Notes under the pieces: model-generated
Told to the model about the DNA's origin: nothing
Database searches by the model: none
The model's input: the letters and a program-made list of their open reading frames with translations, nothing else
IMG/VR virus record: IMGVR_UViG_3300037808_002146
Source: a virus
Taxonomy: Duplodnaviria; Caudoviricetes
Length of the DNA stretch: 64,000 nucleotides
Reading direction: 5' to 3' (one strand)
Shown: positions 27,987 to 36,659 of the stretch, piece after piece
How the letters are laid out: each line of letters begins with the position of its first letter
Numbering within the stretch: position 1 is the stretch's first letter
Made by a program: the position numbers and the translations under genes

Positions 27987-28436
27987 TTAAGTAGAAACAG
28001 TGAAAACTTCTACATCGCATGCAGAGCTAGTAGCTGTTCCCTTTATTTCAGTAATATCCTCCAAAGATACAGCGGCACCGCCTGTTGTAATATCTCCTGA
28101 TTTGCTGGTTAGAATATGAGAAGTTTTTGGACTTAGAACAACTTCATAAGTATCAGCTGCAGTTGTGAGCTGAATTGTTAACCTAACGTTATTAGAATCG
28201 TCTAAGTTTGTAACCCTCAAATATTTAAACCTATTTTTATCAATACGGCCGGCCGCATCAGATGCACCCAACGTCATGATACTCGAAGTCCCTGTAGCTA
28301 CTGACATAATTCGGTGGCTATAATCCGTAACTTCTGGAATAGAAAGAGATGTATATACTTCTCGCTTTTGACTATTTATAGTAATCGATTCAACAATTTT
28401 ACTAGTAAAAGTTGTTTTCGTAACTGTCGTTGCCAT
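27987..28436 (-). CDS. hypothetical protein, possibly virion structural
   Basis: Thr/Ser-rich, beta-rich 149 aa with a GGAGG RBS. Confidence 0.6.
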   Translation of the reverse strand: MATTVTKTTFTSKIVESITINSQKREVYTSLSIPEVTDYSHRIMSVATGTSSIMTLGASDAAGRIDKNRFKYLRVTNLDDSNNVRLTIQLTTAADTYEVVLSPKTSHILTSKSGDITTGGAAVSLEDITEIKGTATSSACDVEVFTVST

Positions 28437-28489
28437 GTAAAAATCCTCCTGTGCAGTTATAATTATAACTATTATATAAGGAGAGCAAG

Positions 28490-28813
28490 ATGATTAAGTT
28501 AACTAAAAACGCTGGAGACAAAGTCAGACAAATAATTGAAAGCAAAGAGAAAAAACCAATAGGTTTGCAAGCTGGAGTAAAAGGCGGTGGATGTTCGGGT
28601 TTTACTTATTATCTAGATTTTATCTACGAAAAAGACGTAAAAGACAGAGAGCTAGAAAGCGAAGGCGTAAAAATCTACATTGACTCTAAAAGCTATCTTT
28701 ACTTAATAGGTACTGAAATTGATTACTTAGATGGATTGTCTGGTAAGGGTTTTAAATTTGTGAACCCAAACGCAAAAAGAACATGCGGGTGTGGAGAGAG
28801 TTTTAGCGTTTAG
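28490..28813 (+). CDS. iscA: Fe-S cluster assembly A-type carrier (IscA/HesB)
   Basis: GVKGGGCSG, NPNAKRTCGCGESF. Confidence 0.95.
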   Translation: MIKLTKNAGDKVRQIIESKEKKPIGLQAGVKGGGCSGFTYYLDFIYEKDVKDRELESEGVKIYIDSKSYLYLIGTEIDYLDGLSGKGFKFVNPNAKRTCGCGESFSV

Positions 28814-29034
28814 AAAGAGTAGCCTTTCTCACAAACAATCATTGCTCCAACATTATGAGCACTTTCAAGGTGGAAATCGTATTCATACTCTTTAACGACA
28901 AAAGAAACTATACCTCTCATTTGACTAGATTTGCCTGTAACTATTCTAGCTGGCAAGTCTACAAAATTTAAAAACTCCCTGACTTTATCGCCGGCTTGGG
29001 AGTGACGAATCATATGTAAATCTAGAGTCTTCAT
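28810..29034 (-). CDS. minimal Smr-domain-like protein
   Basis: LDLH...VREFL...IVTGKS pattern. Confidence 0.5.
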   Translation of the reverse strand: MKTLDLHMIRHSQAGDKVREFLNFVDLPARIVTGKSSQMRGIVSFVVKEYEYDFHLESAHNVGAMIVCEKGYSF

Positions 29035-31304
29035 TCACAAATTTTTCTTTTGTAATCGTAATGATATTTTTTAATGTCATATTCGTATATGCTAACAAAC
29101 GTATAGCGTTCTTCTTTAAGGTTTAAGACCCCCATTTCCTCTCTTGGAAGGCACGCTTCATCAATAATCGACATTAAATCATTATACATACTAACAGCAT
29201 TTGAAGTTAAGTCGAATAAATGGCCGCGGCCTGCGAGAGTAATATCTTCCCAATTGTTCGGAACGTTACCAAAGCCACCACCCGATGCGAATGCATATAC
29301 TTTTAAATTAATTCCAGCCCTAACAGCGTCTTCTACGATACCTTCGGTTATAGGTCTTCGCGGACCTTCAGGGTTGTTAATATCCCTTAAGTATGATTGT
29401 TCTTCTTCGTCACTGAATATTATTACTATTCTATCGGATGTTGGCCTCCAGCTAATGTTGAAGTTTTCTTTTACGGGTATTGAGCCAGTATTTCTCCACC
29501 AGTCCGTGCTAGCTATATCTACATTAGCAGCACCAGATATATTCCTTACAGCTAGATAAACAGCATCTAAGAGCATTTCGCTGCCTGTGTCCATGCCTTC
29601 ATTGCCTAGAGCTGCAAATGCTGCTAAGAATTGATCAAACGGAGCAATGTCAGATACTAATACTAATATTTCGTCACGACTTCCTGGAAACTGCTTTGGC
29701 CCTATCACTAGACCCCACTGGAGTGGTTCTTCAGCAGCAAAGTGCGTCGCGAATCTGTTGAGTGCAATTCGTACAGCTTCAATTTCTTGATCCATTGAAC
29801 CAGACCAATCGATAATAAAGAGAATATCTGTCTCCCTTATCTCTTCACCATAGTCTACAATTCCATCGCAGTCATTGTCAGCGCCGTCACATATCTCTTC
29901 TTGCGGAGTTATTTCTCCTAAGCAGAAACCCGGTTCGAAGATATTATTTCTATCATTGCCCCAAGCTCCGCGAAGGCAATATGCTTCTCCCGGCATACAA
30001 ACGCCCACTAGCAAAGTTTCCGGATCTCCTGTGTAGCATGCTTGTCTTAAGTTTTCATCTATAGCTTGATCACAGTCTTCATCAAAGTTGTTACACTCTT
30101 CTTGTTCTAACGCAATGCCCCGGATTGGATCACAAATTGGAGGTTCTGGTAAAGGAACATATGTACACAGCGCGGCACAATCAGTCAACCTCATTTCCTG
30201 GCATGCTGGATCTACGCACTCGCAAGTCTTAAACCCTTGGCCGCACAGCAGCGGTGGTTCGGTACATGGCATCAAATTGCCTACATCATTAATCGTACAA
30301 AGACAGTCTAGTTGTTCATCAACCTGACCATCACAATCGTTATCTACACCGTCACACTCTTCGTCAGATGGTTGCGTAGCTGTGCATGATATCCAGTTAC
30401 CATTATCGCAAGTCTCTAATCCACGCTCGCATGCTGTTTCACATTCACGAACTAAGTCTTCATCTACAACTTCGTCACAATCATTGTCTTCACCATCGCA
30501 TGTATCTGCAGGAACTGGACCGCATGTATCACATACGTTTCTTTGACCCTCGTCTACTTGACCATCGCAGTCATCGTCTTCGAAATTGCAGCGCTCTTCC
30601 CCAGGCTGGGCTGCGTTACATTCTACCACTTCGCCCTCAACGCAAAGCCCTACGCCCGGGCCGCATGCTGTTTGACAATCAAAAAATCCTTCATCTATGA
30701 GGTTGTCACAATCATTATCTTCTGTGTCACAAACTTCCTGATCACACGGACGGCAGGGCAGGTGTCTTAAACTTCCTTTGTCACAGATAATTTGCTGTTG
30801 GCCTAGCGAACCATCTCCTAGCTGGCATTCAAACCACCTAATAAACTCTCCACTTGTCCCTGGAGGACACTCCCATTGAGTTACACATTCACTCTGCGAT
30901 ATAACTTCCGGTGGCGGGCAGTCGGGATCAGTCCCAAATTCACATGGAACTTTATTTTCATCACAAACTTCTAGAATAACTTGCATTACATCAATTGTTT
31001 GTTGGGGATTTGGAGGACAGTACCAACGTTGACGACTACAACAATCTGGATAACATGAACAGTATGCTTGAGTTTCTCTTATAGAAGTTTGAGCGCACCT
31101 TTCCTCCCTAGTTAAATCAGGCTCCGGCGGTGTGGGAGGTGGATCAGGGTTTAATAGATATACATCACTTAGCGAACGCGAAGCGTCTTGCGAATTAGTT
31201 GCTAGCCTGGGTTGAGAATCTTCAGATCCTATTTTAGAATTTTTATAACCTTCGTCTTCACAAGCGAACAAGAAAGCTAAAAATAAGAATGCAATATATT
31301 TCAT
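29031..31304 (-). CDS. lipoprotein with Cys-rich CDGxDNDCDG repeats and a C-terminal von Willebrand A domain
   Basis: lipobox LFAC; repeated E.CD..DNDCDG.VDE; MIDAS DWSGS. Confidence 0.85.
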   Translation of the reverse strand: MKYIAFLFLAFLFACEDEGYKNSKIGSEDSQPRLATNSQDASRSLSDVYLLNPDPPPTPPEPDLTREERCAQTSIRETQAYCSCYPDCCSRQRWYCPPNPQQTIDVMQVILEVCDENKVPCEFGTDPDCPPPEVISQSECVTQWECPPGTSGEFIRWFECQLGDGSLGQQQIICDKGSLRHLPCRPCDQEVCDTEDNDCDNLIDEGFFDCQTACGPGVGLCVEGEVVECNAAQPGEERCNFEDDDCDGQVDEGQRNVCDTCGPVPADTCDGEDNDCDEVVDEDLVRECETACERGLETCDNGNWISCTATQPSDEECDGVDNDCDGQVDEQLDCLCTINDVGNLMPCTEPPLLCGQGFKTCECVDPACQEMRLTDCAALCTYVPLPEPPICDPIRGIALEQEECNNFDEDCDQAIDENLRQACYTGDPETLLVGVCMPGEAYCLRGAWGNDRNNIFEPGFCLGEITPQEEICDGADNDCDGIVDYGEEIRETDILFIIDWSGSMDQEIEAVRIALNRFATHFAAEEPLQWGLVIGPKQFPGSRDEILVLVSDIAPFDQFLAAFAALGNEGMDTGSEMLLDAVYLAVRNISGAANVDIASTDWWRNTGSIPVKENFNISWRPTSDRIVIIFSDEEEQSYLRDINNPEGPRRPITEGIVEDAVRAGINLKVYAFASGGGFGNVPNNWEDITLAGRGHLFDLTSNAVSMYNDLMSIIDEACLPREEMGVLNLKEERYTFVSIYEYDIKKYHYDYKRKICE

Positions 31305-32011
31305 AAATTTCCCTTATGAATCCTATAAGCGTTTACAGATTCAGGAAAAAAAGTTTCAGCAACTTCTAAGCACGCTTGAGCTACCTTCTGTATTTCCCAC
31401 TGAGCTCCTTCATGTAACCGGAGAGAAACAAATTTAAGTAAGTTGTGTAAGTTAACAGTCCCGTAATACTCAGTATATAGATTTTGAGGCAATACACCTC
31501 GAGCTTGCTCTCTACATACCCCTTTTTCTACTAGCCGGTTGTATAGTTGCAGGCTTGTTCTGTTATGGTCAGATACAGCTATCGAGGCTAAGTAAGGAGA
31601 AGTAGGCACCAAGCCAGAATTGGGTGGCTTAATATTTGGGTTTACTAATTCTTCATTGCTAGCTTGTCTGTTCGACTTATGCTGAGTTCTAAAAGACGAG
31701 GGTTCGTAAAACTTCATATCAACAGAAGTATACCTTCTACTGATTTCGTTATAAGACCAAGTCCTGTGCCGATGGTGCTGGCTTCTAATAAAAAGAGGCA
31801 CTGTAAATTTTAAAGTTAGCGCGCAATGTTCGAAAGGCGAAGTGTGATTATGCTTAATAAGATAATTTATTAGTTTGACGTCTTTTTCGTCGACGTCTTT
31901 TTTTTCGGTGCCAAAGGAAACTCTTGCAGCATTAACTACAGAAAGATCTGTTCCCATGTGAGAAATGTATTCTACGCAACCAACTTCATCATCAAAAGTA
32001 AAAATTTTCAT
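31301..32011 (-). CDS. thyX: FAD-dependent thymidylate synthase
   Basis: HTSPFEH, RSQHHRHRTWSYNEISRRY, REQARGVLP. Confidence 0.96.
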   Translation of the reverse strand: MKIFTFDDEVGCVEYISHMGTDLSVVNAARVSFGTEKKDVDEKDVKLINYLIKHNHTSPFEHCALTLKFTVPLFIRSQHHRHRTWSYNEISRRYTSVDMKFYEPSSFRTQHKSNRQASNEELVNPNIKPPNSGLVPTSPYLASIAVSDHNRTSLQLYNRLVEKGVCREQARGVLPQNLYTEYYGTVNLHNLLKFVSLRLHEGAQWEIQKVAQACLEVAETFFPESVNAYRIHKGNL

Positions 32012-32066
32012 TATAAGACTCCGATACTATAATAATAGAATAGATCTTATATGATAATTTGTTTTT

Positions 32067-32255
32067 TTACAGTTGATTAATTAATTTGGCCAAAGAAGAT
32101 ATAGCACCAAACATAGCATTAAAAGCTACTGTTGCGTATATAATTTCAAAAAGACCCGAGACAAAAAAGGCAGCAAAGCTAGCCCATAAAGCCCACCAAA
32201 AATCTTTTTCAAAAATACCATAAATAAAAACTAAAACAGCTACACAAACGGCCAT
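32067..32255 (-). CDS. small membrane protein
   Basis: two hydrophobic segments; promoter upstream. Confidence 0.55.
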   Translation of the reverse strand: MAVCVAVLVFIYGIFEKDFWWALWASFAAFFVSGLFEIIYATVAFNAMFGAISSLAKLINQL

Positions 32256-32276
32256 ACCAGACCTCCTTACATTACT

Positions 32277-32305
32277 ATTATATCAAATGTAGGGAATTAT
32301 TGCAC
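32277..32305 (-). promoter_or_regulatory. promoter GTGCAA-N17-TATAAT
   Basis: TCGTGCAATAATTCCCTACATTTGATATAAT. Confidence 0.7.
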
Positions 32306-32309
32306 GAGT

Positions 32310-32534
32310 TTAGTCTTCTATTCTTAAGTCAGAGGTAAAAAAGTTAGATAAAGTATCGTCATCGTGCTTGACTGTTGCGACTAACTTTTCTTGGCTAGTT
32401 CCACCGATCATCCACTGCTTATGCTTCGAGCTAGAGATTTCTAAAATTATACCTGGTCGGTGCATTTGGCGAAAGTGATAAACTCTCATCCCGGGTTTAA
32501 AATTCATTCTTTTTCCTTTATATATTTTACCCAA
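32310..32534 (-). CDS. small SH3/KOW-like hypothetical protein
   Basis: FKPGMRVYH...PGIILE. Confidence 0.6.
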   Translation of the reverse strand: MGKIYKGKRMNFKPGMRVYHFRQMHRPGIILEISSSKHKQWMIGGTSQEKLVATVKHDDDTLSNFFTSDLRIED

Positions 32535-32872
32535 TTAAACCTGGGTCTGTTTTTTAAATAATCAATGTCTAGTTCATTCAAGTGTGCTTCTTTCTCGAAA
32601 GGACTTTCTTTATAAGCTTTTGCTCCATCACGGTGTCTTACCAATCCGATAAGCCAAAATATCCCGTACAAAGCCCACTGGCCAAGAAAGAGTAGTTCGA
32701 GCTGTTGCTGAAAATGAATTGTTTCGTGACGGCGGGTCGATTCCGAGAGTGACCCTCGACACCAAACCCAAAATCCGAAACTGATTGCCCATATATTAAT
32801 AGGAGCAATGTATGATAACAAAACTGGTATTTTAGAATTTTCTATAAACTTTGGTTTTAAACTTTTGAGCAC
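32504..32872 (-). CDS. HExxH-motif hypothetical protein
   Basis: RHETIHFQQQLE...YKESPFEKEA. Confidence 0.6.
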   Translation of the reverse strand: MLKSLKPKFIENSKIPVLLSYIAPINIWAISFGFWVWCRGSLSESTRRHETIHFQQQLELLFLGQWALYGIFWLIGLVRHRDGAKAYKESPFEKEAHLNELDIDYLKNRPRFNWVKYIKEKE

Positions 32873-33198
32873 TATTCTGTCTTCTTTACTTTTAGTGTCG
32901 CTTGAACAAGAGCTGATTTTCCGTGATGAGTCATTGTCAAATCTCCAGAAATCTTTTTAGGAATTTTATAAATAACCTCTCTCACAGTATTCGATTTAGC
33001 TCTTTGTTTAAGCGAAGAATTTTGATTTTCTCTTTTCCTAACCTTCATCTCGGATTCAAGTTCCATAGACTTTACATGAACGTTAGCTAACGCCCTATGT
33101 ATCTCAGATATCTTCCTATTATAAGTACTGATGGTTAAAAAAAGCATGCATGTACAACCGATAGCCAGCAATCCAAAAACTATTATTGCATATTCCAT
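32872..33198 (-). CDS. membrane-anchored coiled-coil protein
   Basis: N-terminal TM helix. Confidence 0.55.
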   Translation of the reverse strand: MEYAIIVFGLLAIGCTCMLFLTISTYNRKISEIHRALANVHVKSMELESEMKVRKRENQNSSLKQRAKSNTVREVIYKIPKKISGDLTMTHHGKSALVQATLKVKKTE

Positions 33199-33229
33199 TA
33201 TAAAAATATAATTTGTTATTTACAAACGT

Positions 33230-34074
33230 TTAAGCATTGTTAGACATGTACCTCTCTCCGCGATCGCAAAGTATTGTAACAGTCTTCTCGTAAGCCAAAT
33301 GATTTCTCTCGTACCATTCAGCTGCTAAAACGTTCGCGGCACCCGATATTCCCACAGGAATTCCTAGCTCTTTAGATAATGTTTTTGATTTTTTTATAGC
33401 GTCTACTGTTTTTATTTCAGCGATGTGAGTCGCTAAATCTTTATCGAATAAGTAGTCAGCGCCATCACCTACACCTTGAATTCCATGTTCTTTTTCGAGT
33501 GGTTTCATAAATACCAGTTGCGTAGCTAGATTTTTTTCATTAATGTATTTTTGTATCCCCATTATTGTACCACCGGTTCCAGCCCCAGATACGAATGCGC
33601 CCCAAGAAAGATTTTTTTTAGACAGCTGTTTGTGAATTTCCGTTGCAGTTGTCTCGTAGTGACACTCAATATTTAATGGATTCTCGAATTGATTAGGAGA
33701 CCAGCAGCCTTTAGCGACCATTTGATTCCTTAACTCTATCGCACCTTTAAAGTCGTGTGGAGCTACTTCTATTATTTCCGCTCCGAATAGCTTCATCATT
33801 TGTTTTCGTTCTTCCGACATATTAGAAGGCATAATGATCTTAACACGATGGCCTAAGTGAGATCCTATAGCTGATAAGCTATCCCAGTGTTACCAGAAGT
33901 CGCTTCAACCATAACCATACTAGGCCTGAGATCATCTAGTTCTAGCGCTTTCCTTACAATATAAGAAACAACCCTATCTTTAATCGATCCAGTCGGGTTG
34001 TAAGTCTCAAGTTTTGCAAGGATTCCGGAAGATAGTTCTATAAGCGGTGTATTACCAATTAAGTCTTTTAGCAT
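33230..34074 (-). pseudogene. cysK: cysteine synthase (CysK-like) with a single-base frameshift
   Basis: N-part IGNTPL, KLETYNPTGSIKDR, EATSGNTG; C-part MPSNMS, GAGTGGT, HGIQGVG; one extra T at ~33878 (GCTTA to GCTTTA) restores GIALSAIGSHLGHRVKIIMP. Confidence 0.85.
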
Positions 34075-34077
34075 ACT

Positions 34078-36270
34078 CTAGAGTTTGATTCTATCAACAA
34101 TATGAGCTGAAGAGTAGCTTAGCTCTCTATAAAGTTTCTTGATAACAGCTTTTGTTATCTCTCCAATCTCGTTTTGAGTCGCTTTATCTTTAAACATCTT
34201 CTCTACTTCTTTCTGGATAGTGGTGCTGACGAATTTGTTGATCTTACCAGGTTCTCCAATAAATGAGACTCCAAGAGCTTTTTTTAATTCTTTATTGAAT
34301 TCTGCTTGAAAAACTTTTTGGGTTGCTTTTTTATTCGATGTACCCTCAATCTCTTTTGCAATCATACGCTTGATCTCAGATTTATCTGCGCCTGTAAGTT
34401 CTTCAATGATTAGGCGCGCCTTCGCTTCTGAAACCTGATTTTCTAATATTTCACTTATAATACTCTTGACATGTCTTTGGATTCCAGCAGCAAGCCGCTT
34501 TAGTTCTTCTGGCGTAGCTTTTCTGTCTATTCCAGATTCAGGAATAGAGAAGCGTTTCCGAACCGAAGGCTGAAGCTTCACAGAGGCTGACTTTTCAACA
34601 GACTTATCCTGATCTCCTGGAGTCTCTACTTGAACTGAGGCAGAAAAGACTTCTTCTTTGTACTTAAAAAATTTATCTGCCTTAGCTGTTGGGTGAATCT
34701 TTAACTGAGGTGGATGCCCTTGTTTGCTCGTTCTTGTTTCAATCTGAAACGCGACTTGGCCCTGATACAAAATGTCAAAAGTATATGTGGTATCATCATC
34801 ATATCTAGGCTCTATCGTAAACTCGCTAGGCTTCCCAATCATTCTTGTGACGGTGAGGCTGACGTTATATGTCGGTACGGTTGTAGAGATCTTGTCAGGA
34901 CTACTGCTGTAATTAAAGAAATAGACAGGGGTGCCTTCTTCTTTAAAGAACCTTCTCACTAAATCCAGGAAGCCTTTGTCAATCTTATTCTTCACTAAGA
35001 AGTCTATGAATTTCTTCCTGTTATTTTGTTCGCCATAGGTCGTAAACATCCTAAGCTCTACACTTTTAGTTTTAAACTCTCCTTCTCTAGAACCAGACTT
35101 AACTTTCTTCTGTATTTTCTTGCCTTGGGCGTCGATTTTTACATTACCGGTATCATCCAATTCGTAATCAGGTTCAAGGTAATCAGCCAGGTGTTTGATC
35201 TTAGGGACTCCCTCAGGGGCAGGTCCGATTTCAGGTCCGCCGGCGACTTTGACTGCGCTTTTTATCTGTTCCATGACTTCCGGATGGGCCCTTAAGAACG
35301 CATTTCTCGCTATTTTGAATTGATTAGCAACTGGCATCGCCATTCGCTCAGCTTCCGGGATGTCACTCATTAGGTCGTTACCGGTCAGTTTATCTTTTTT
35401 GTCTTGTGTTTGCTGAAAACCTATCAGTCTGTCGTCATCGTTAAACTTTACGTGAACGTCTGCGGTAATACCTTCGGCACCTCCATCAGAAGACAAATAT
35501 ACATCGACAGGAGCCTGTTTACTAACCACATTGCCCGCGATTCCCGTCCCTGCTTCAGGCATACCGCCACGGGCCCGCCTTGTGAGATCAGCCATGACTT
35601 CGTACATGGCATCTACAAGACCTTTCTGCCTAGAGTCATAACTAGCGTACTTCGTTTTGGCGGCGGAAGCTGTATCGTTTCTAGCCGTTTCTATCGTAGA
35701 AGAACCACCTAAACCCTGGATGCATGCATGCTCTGCAAAGATGCCGATAGCGTCGTTATTTAATACATCATCTTCTGGGGTTTTACCCTTGTTTCTTCCT
35801 TGAATTAATTCAAAATCCTGGCCATTAACTCTTATCTTTTTAAAGGGCTTGGTTGGATCAGGGTGCCCAACGTCGAAACCTTTATCTTTTAGAATGTCAA
35901 ATATATTATTTCTTAGACCGCGTGAACCTAAATTAGTAATCCTTGCTATACTTGCTTTGTCTGGATCTTTGATAGGTTGAAGAGCTGCGTCTTGGTAAGT
36001 AGAATTCTGAACGAGCGCAGTTAGTACCTTGTTCACAACACTCATATCCACTTTTTCAGATAAAAAGTCCTTAACCAAGACCCGCATAATGTCTTCATTG
36101 ATCTCTTCGCCGTAATCTTCGTCAGACTCATGAGCCCAAGCCATGGCCGCGTCGTACTGTTTTTTAGATTTGTAACAGCGTTTGGTACCATTTTTCTTAA
36201 TAGTCTGGTATTTGCCTTTTGAGCCGTCTGATTGGGTGCAATCTTTCTTACCTTTAGATTTATATGGCAT
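34078..36270 (-). CDS. large multi-domain protein, probable virion-associated
   Basis: 730 aa; basic Cys-containing N-domain; several (L/I)-x-E motifs (DFLSE, EILE, LIIEE). Confidence 0.6.
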   Translation of the reverse strand: MPYKSKGKKDCTQSDGSKGKYQTIKKNGTKRCYKSKKQYDAAMAWAHESDEDYGEEINEDIMRVLVKDFLSEKVDMSVVNKVLTALVQNSTYQDAALQPIKDPDKASIARITNLGSRGLRNNIFDILKDKGFDVGHPDPTKPFKKIRVNGQDFELIQGRNKGKTPEDDVLNNDAIGIFAEHACIQGLGGSSTIETARNDTASAAKTKYASYDSRQKGLVDAMYEVMADLTRRARGGMPEAGTGIAGNVVSKQAPVDVYLSSDGGAEGITADVHVKFNDDDRLIGFQQTQDKKDKLTGNDLMSDIPEAERMAMPVANQFKIARNAFLRAHPEVMEQIKSAVKVAGGPEIGPAPEGVPKIKHLADYLEPDYELDDTGNVKIDAQGKKIQKKVKSGSREGEFKTKSVELRMFTTYGEQNNRKKFIDFLVKNKIDKGFLDLVRRFFKEEGTPVYFFNYSSSPDKISTTVPTYNVSLTVTRMIGKPSEFTIEPRYDDDTTYTFDILYQGQVAFQIETRTSKQGHPPQLKIHPTAKADKFFKYKEEVFSASVQVETPGDQDKSVEKSASVKLQPSVRKRFSIPESGIDRKATPEELKRLAAGIQRHVKSIISEILENQVSEAKARLIIEELTGADKSEIKRMIAKEIEGTSNKKATQKVFQAEFNKELKKALGVSFIGEPGKINKFVSTTIQKEVEKMFKDKATQNEIGEITKAVIKKLYRELSYSSAHIVDRIKL

Positions 36271-36338
36271 CTAATATCTCCAATGTTGATCTATTTTAAT
36301 CTAATTATTTAATAAATTAATCGATATCAAGTGTTTTT

Positions 36339-36659
36339 TCAATTTTCTTCGTGATGACAGCAATCATGTTCTAGTTTCTTGTCACTCTTTTTTATCTTTA
36401 TCCACCAAGACCAAAGAAGCGGGACCATAAGCCAGTGGAGACAGATAATCCAAGCTACAGGAATCCCTGTAAAGAATATGGGGTGAACATAGTTTCCAAG
36501 CAGCGCAAATATTGCTGGAAATATTACATCTTCTATTATTTCCCACCCAACAATAATCACAACTAACACTAAGCCATGCTCTCTAAATGTTTCTTTAATG
36601 CTAGACCAGCTAAAGTGACCCCATTTATGCTTCAGTCTTTCTTTAGCCCATTTGATCAT
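36339..36659 (-). CDS. membrane protein
   Basis: hydrophobic helices, C-terminal HDCCHH. Confidence 0.6.
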   Translation of the reverse strand: MIKWAKERLKHKWGHFSWSSIKETFREHGLVLVVIIVGWEIIEDVIFPAIFALLGNYVHPIFFTGIPVAWIICLHWLMVPLLWSWWIKIKKSDKKLEHDCCHHEEN

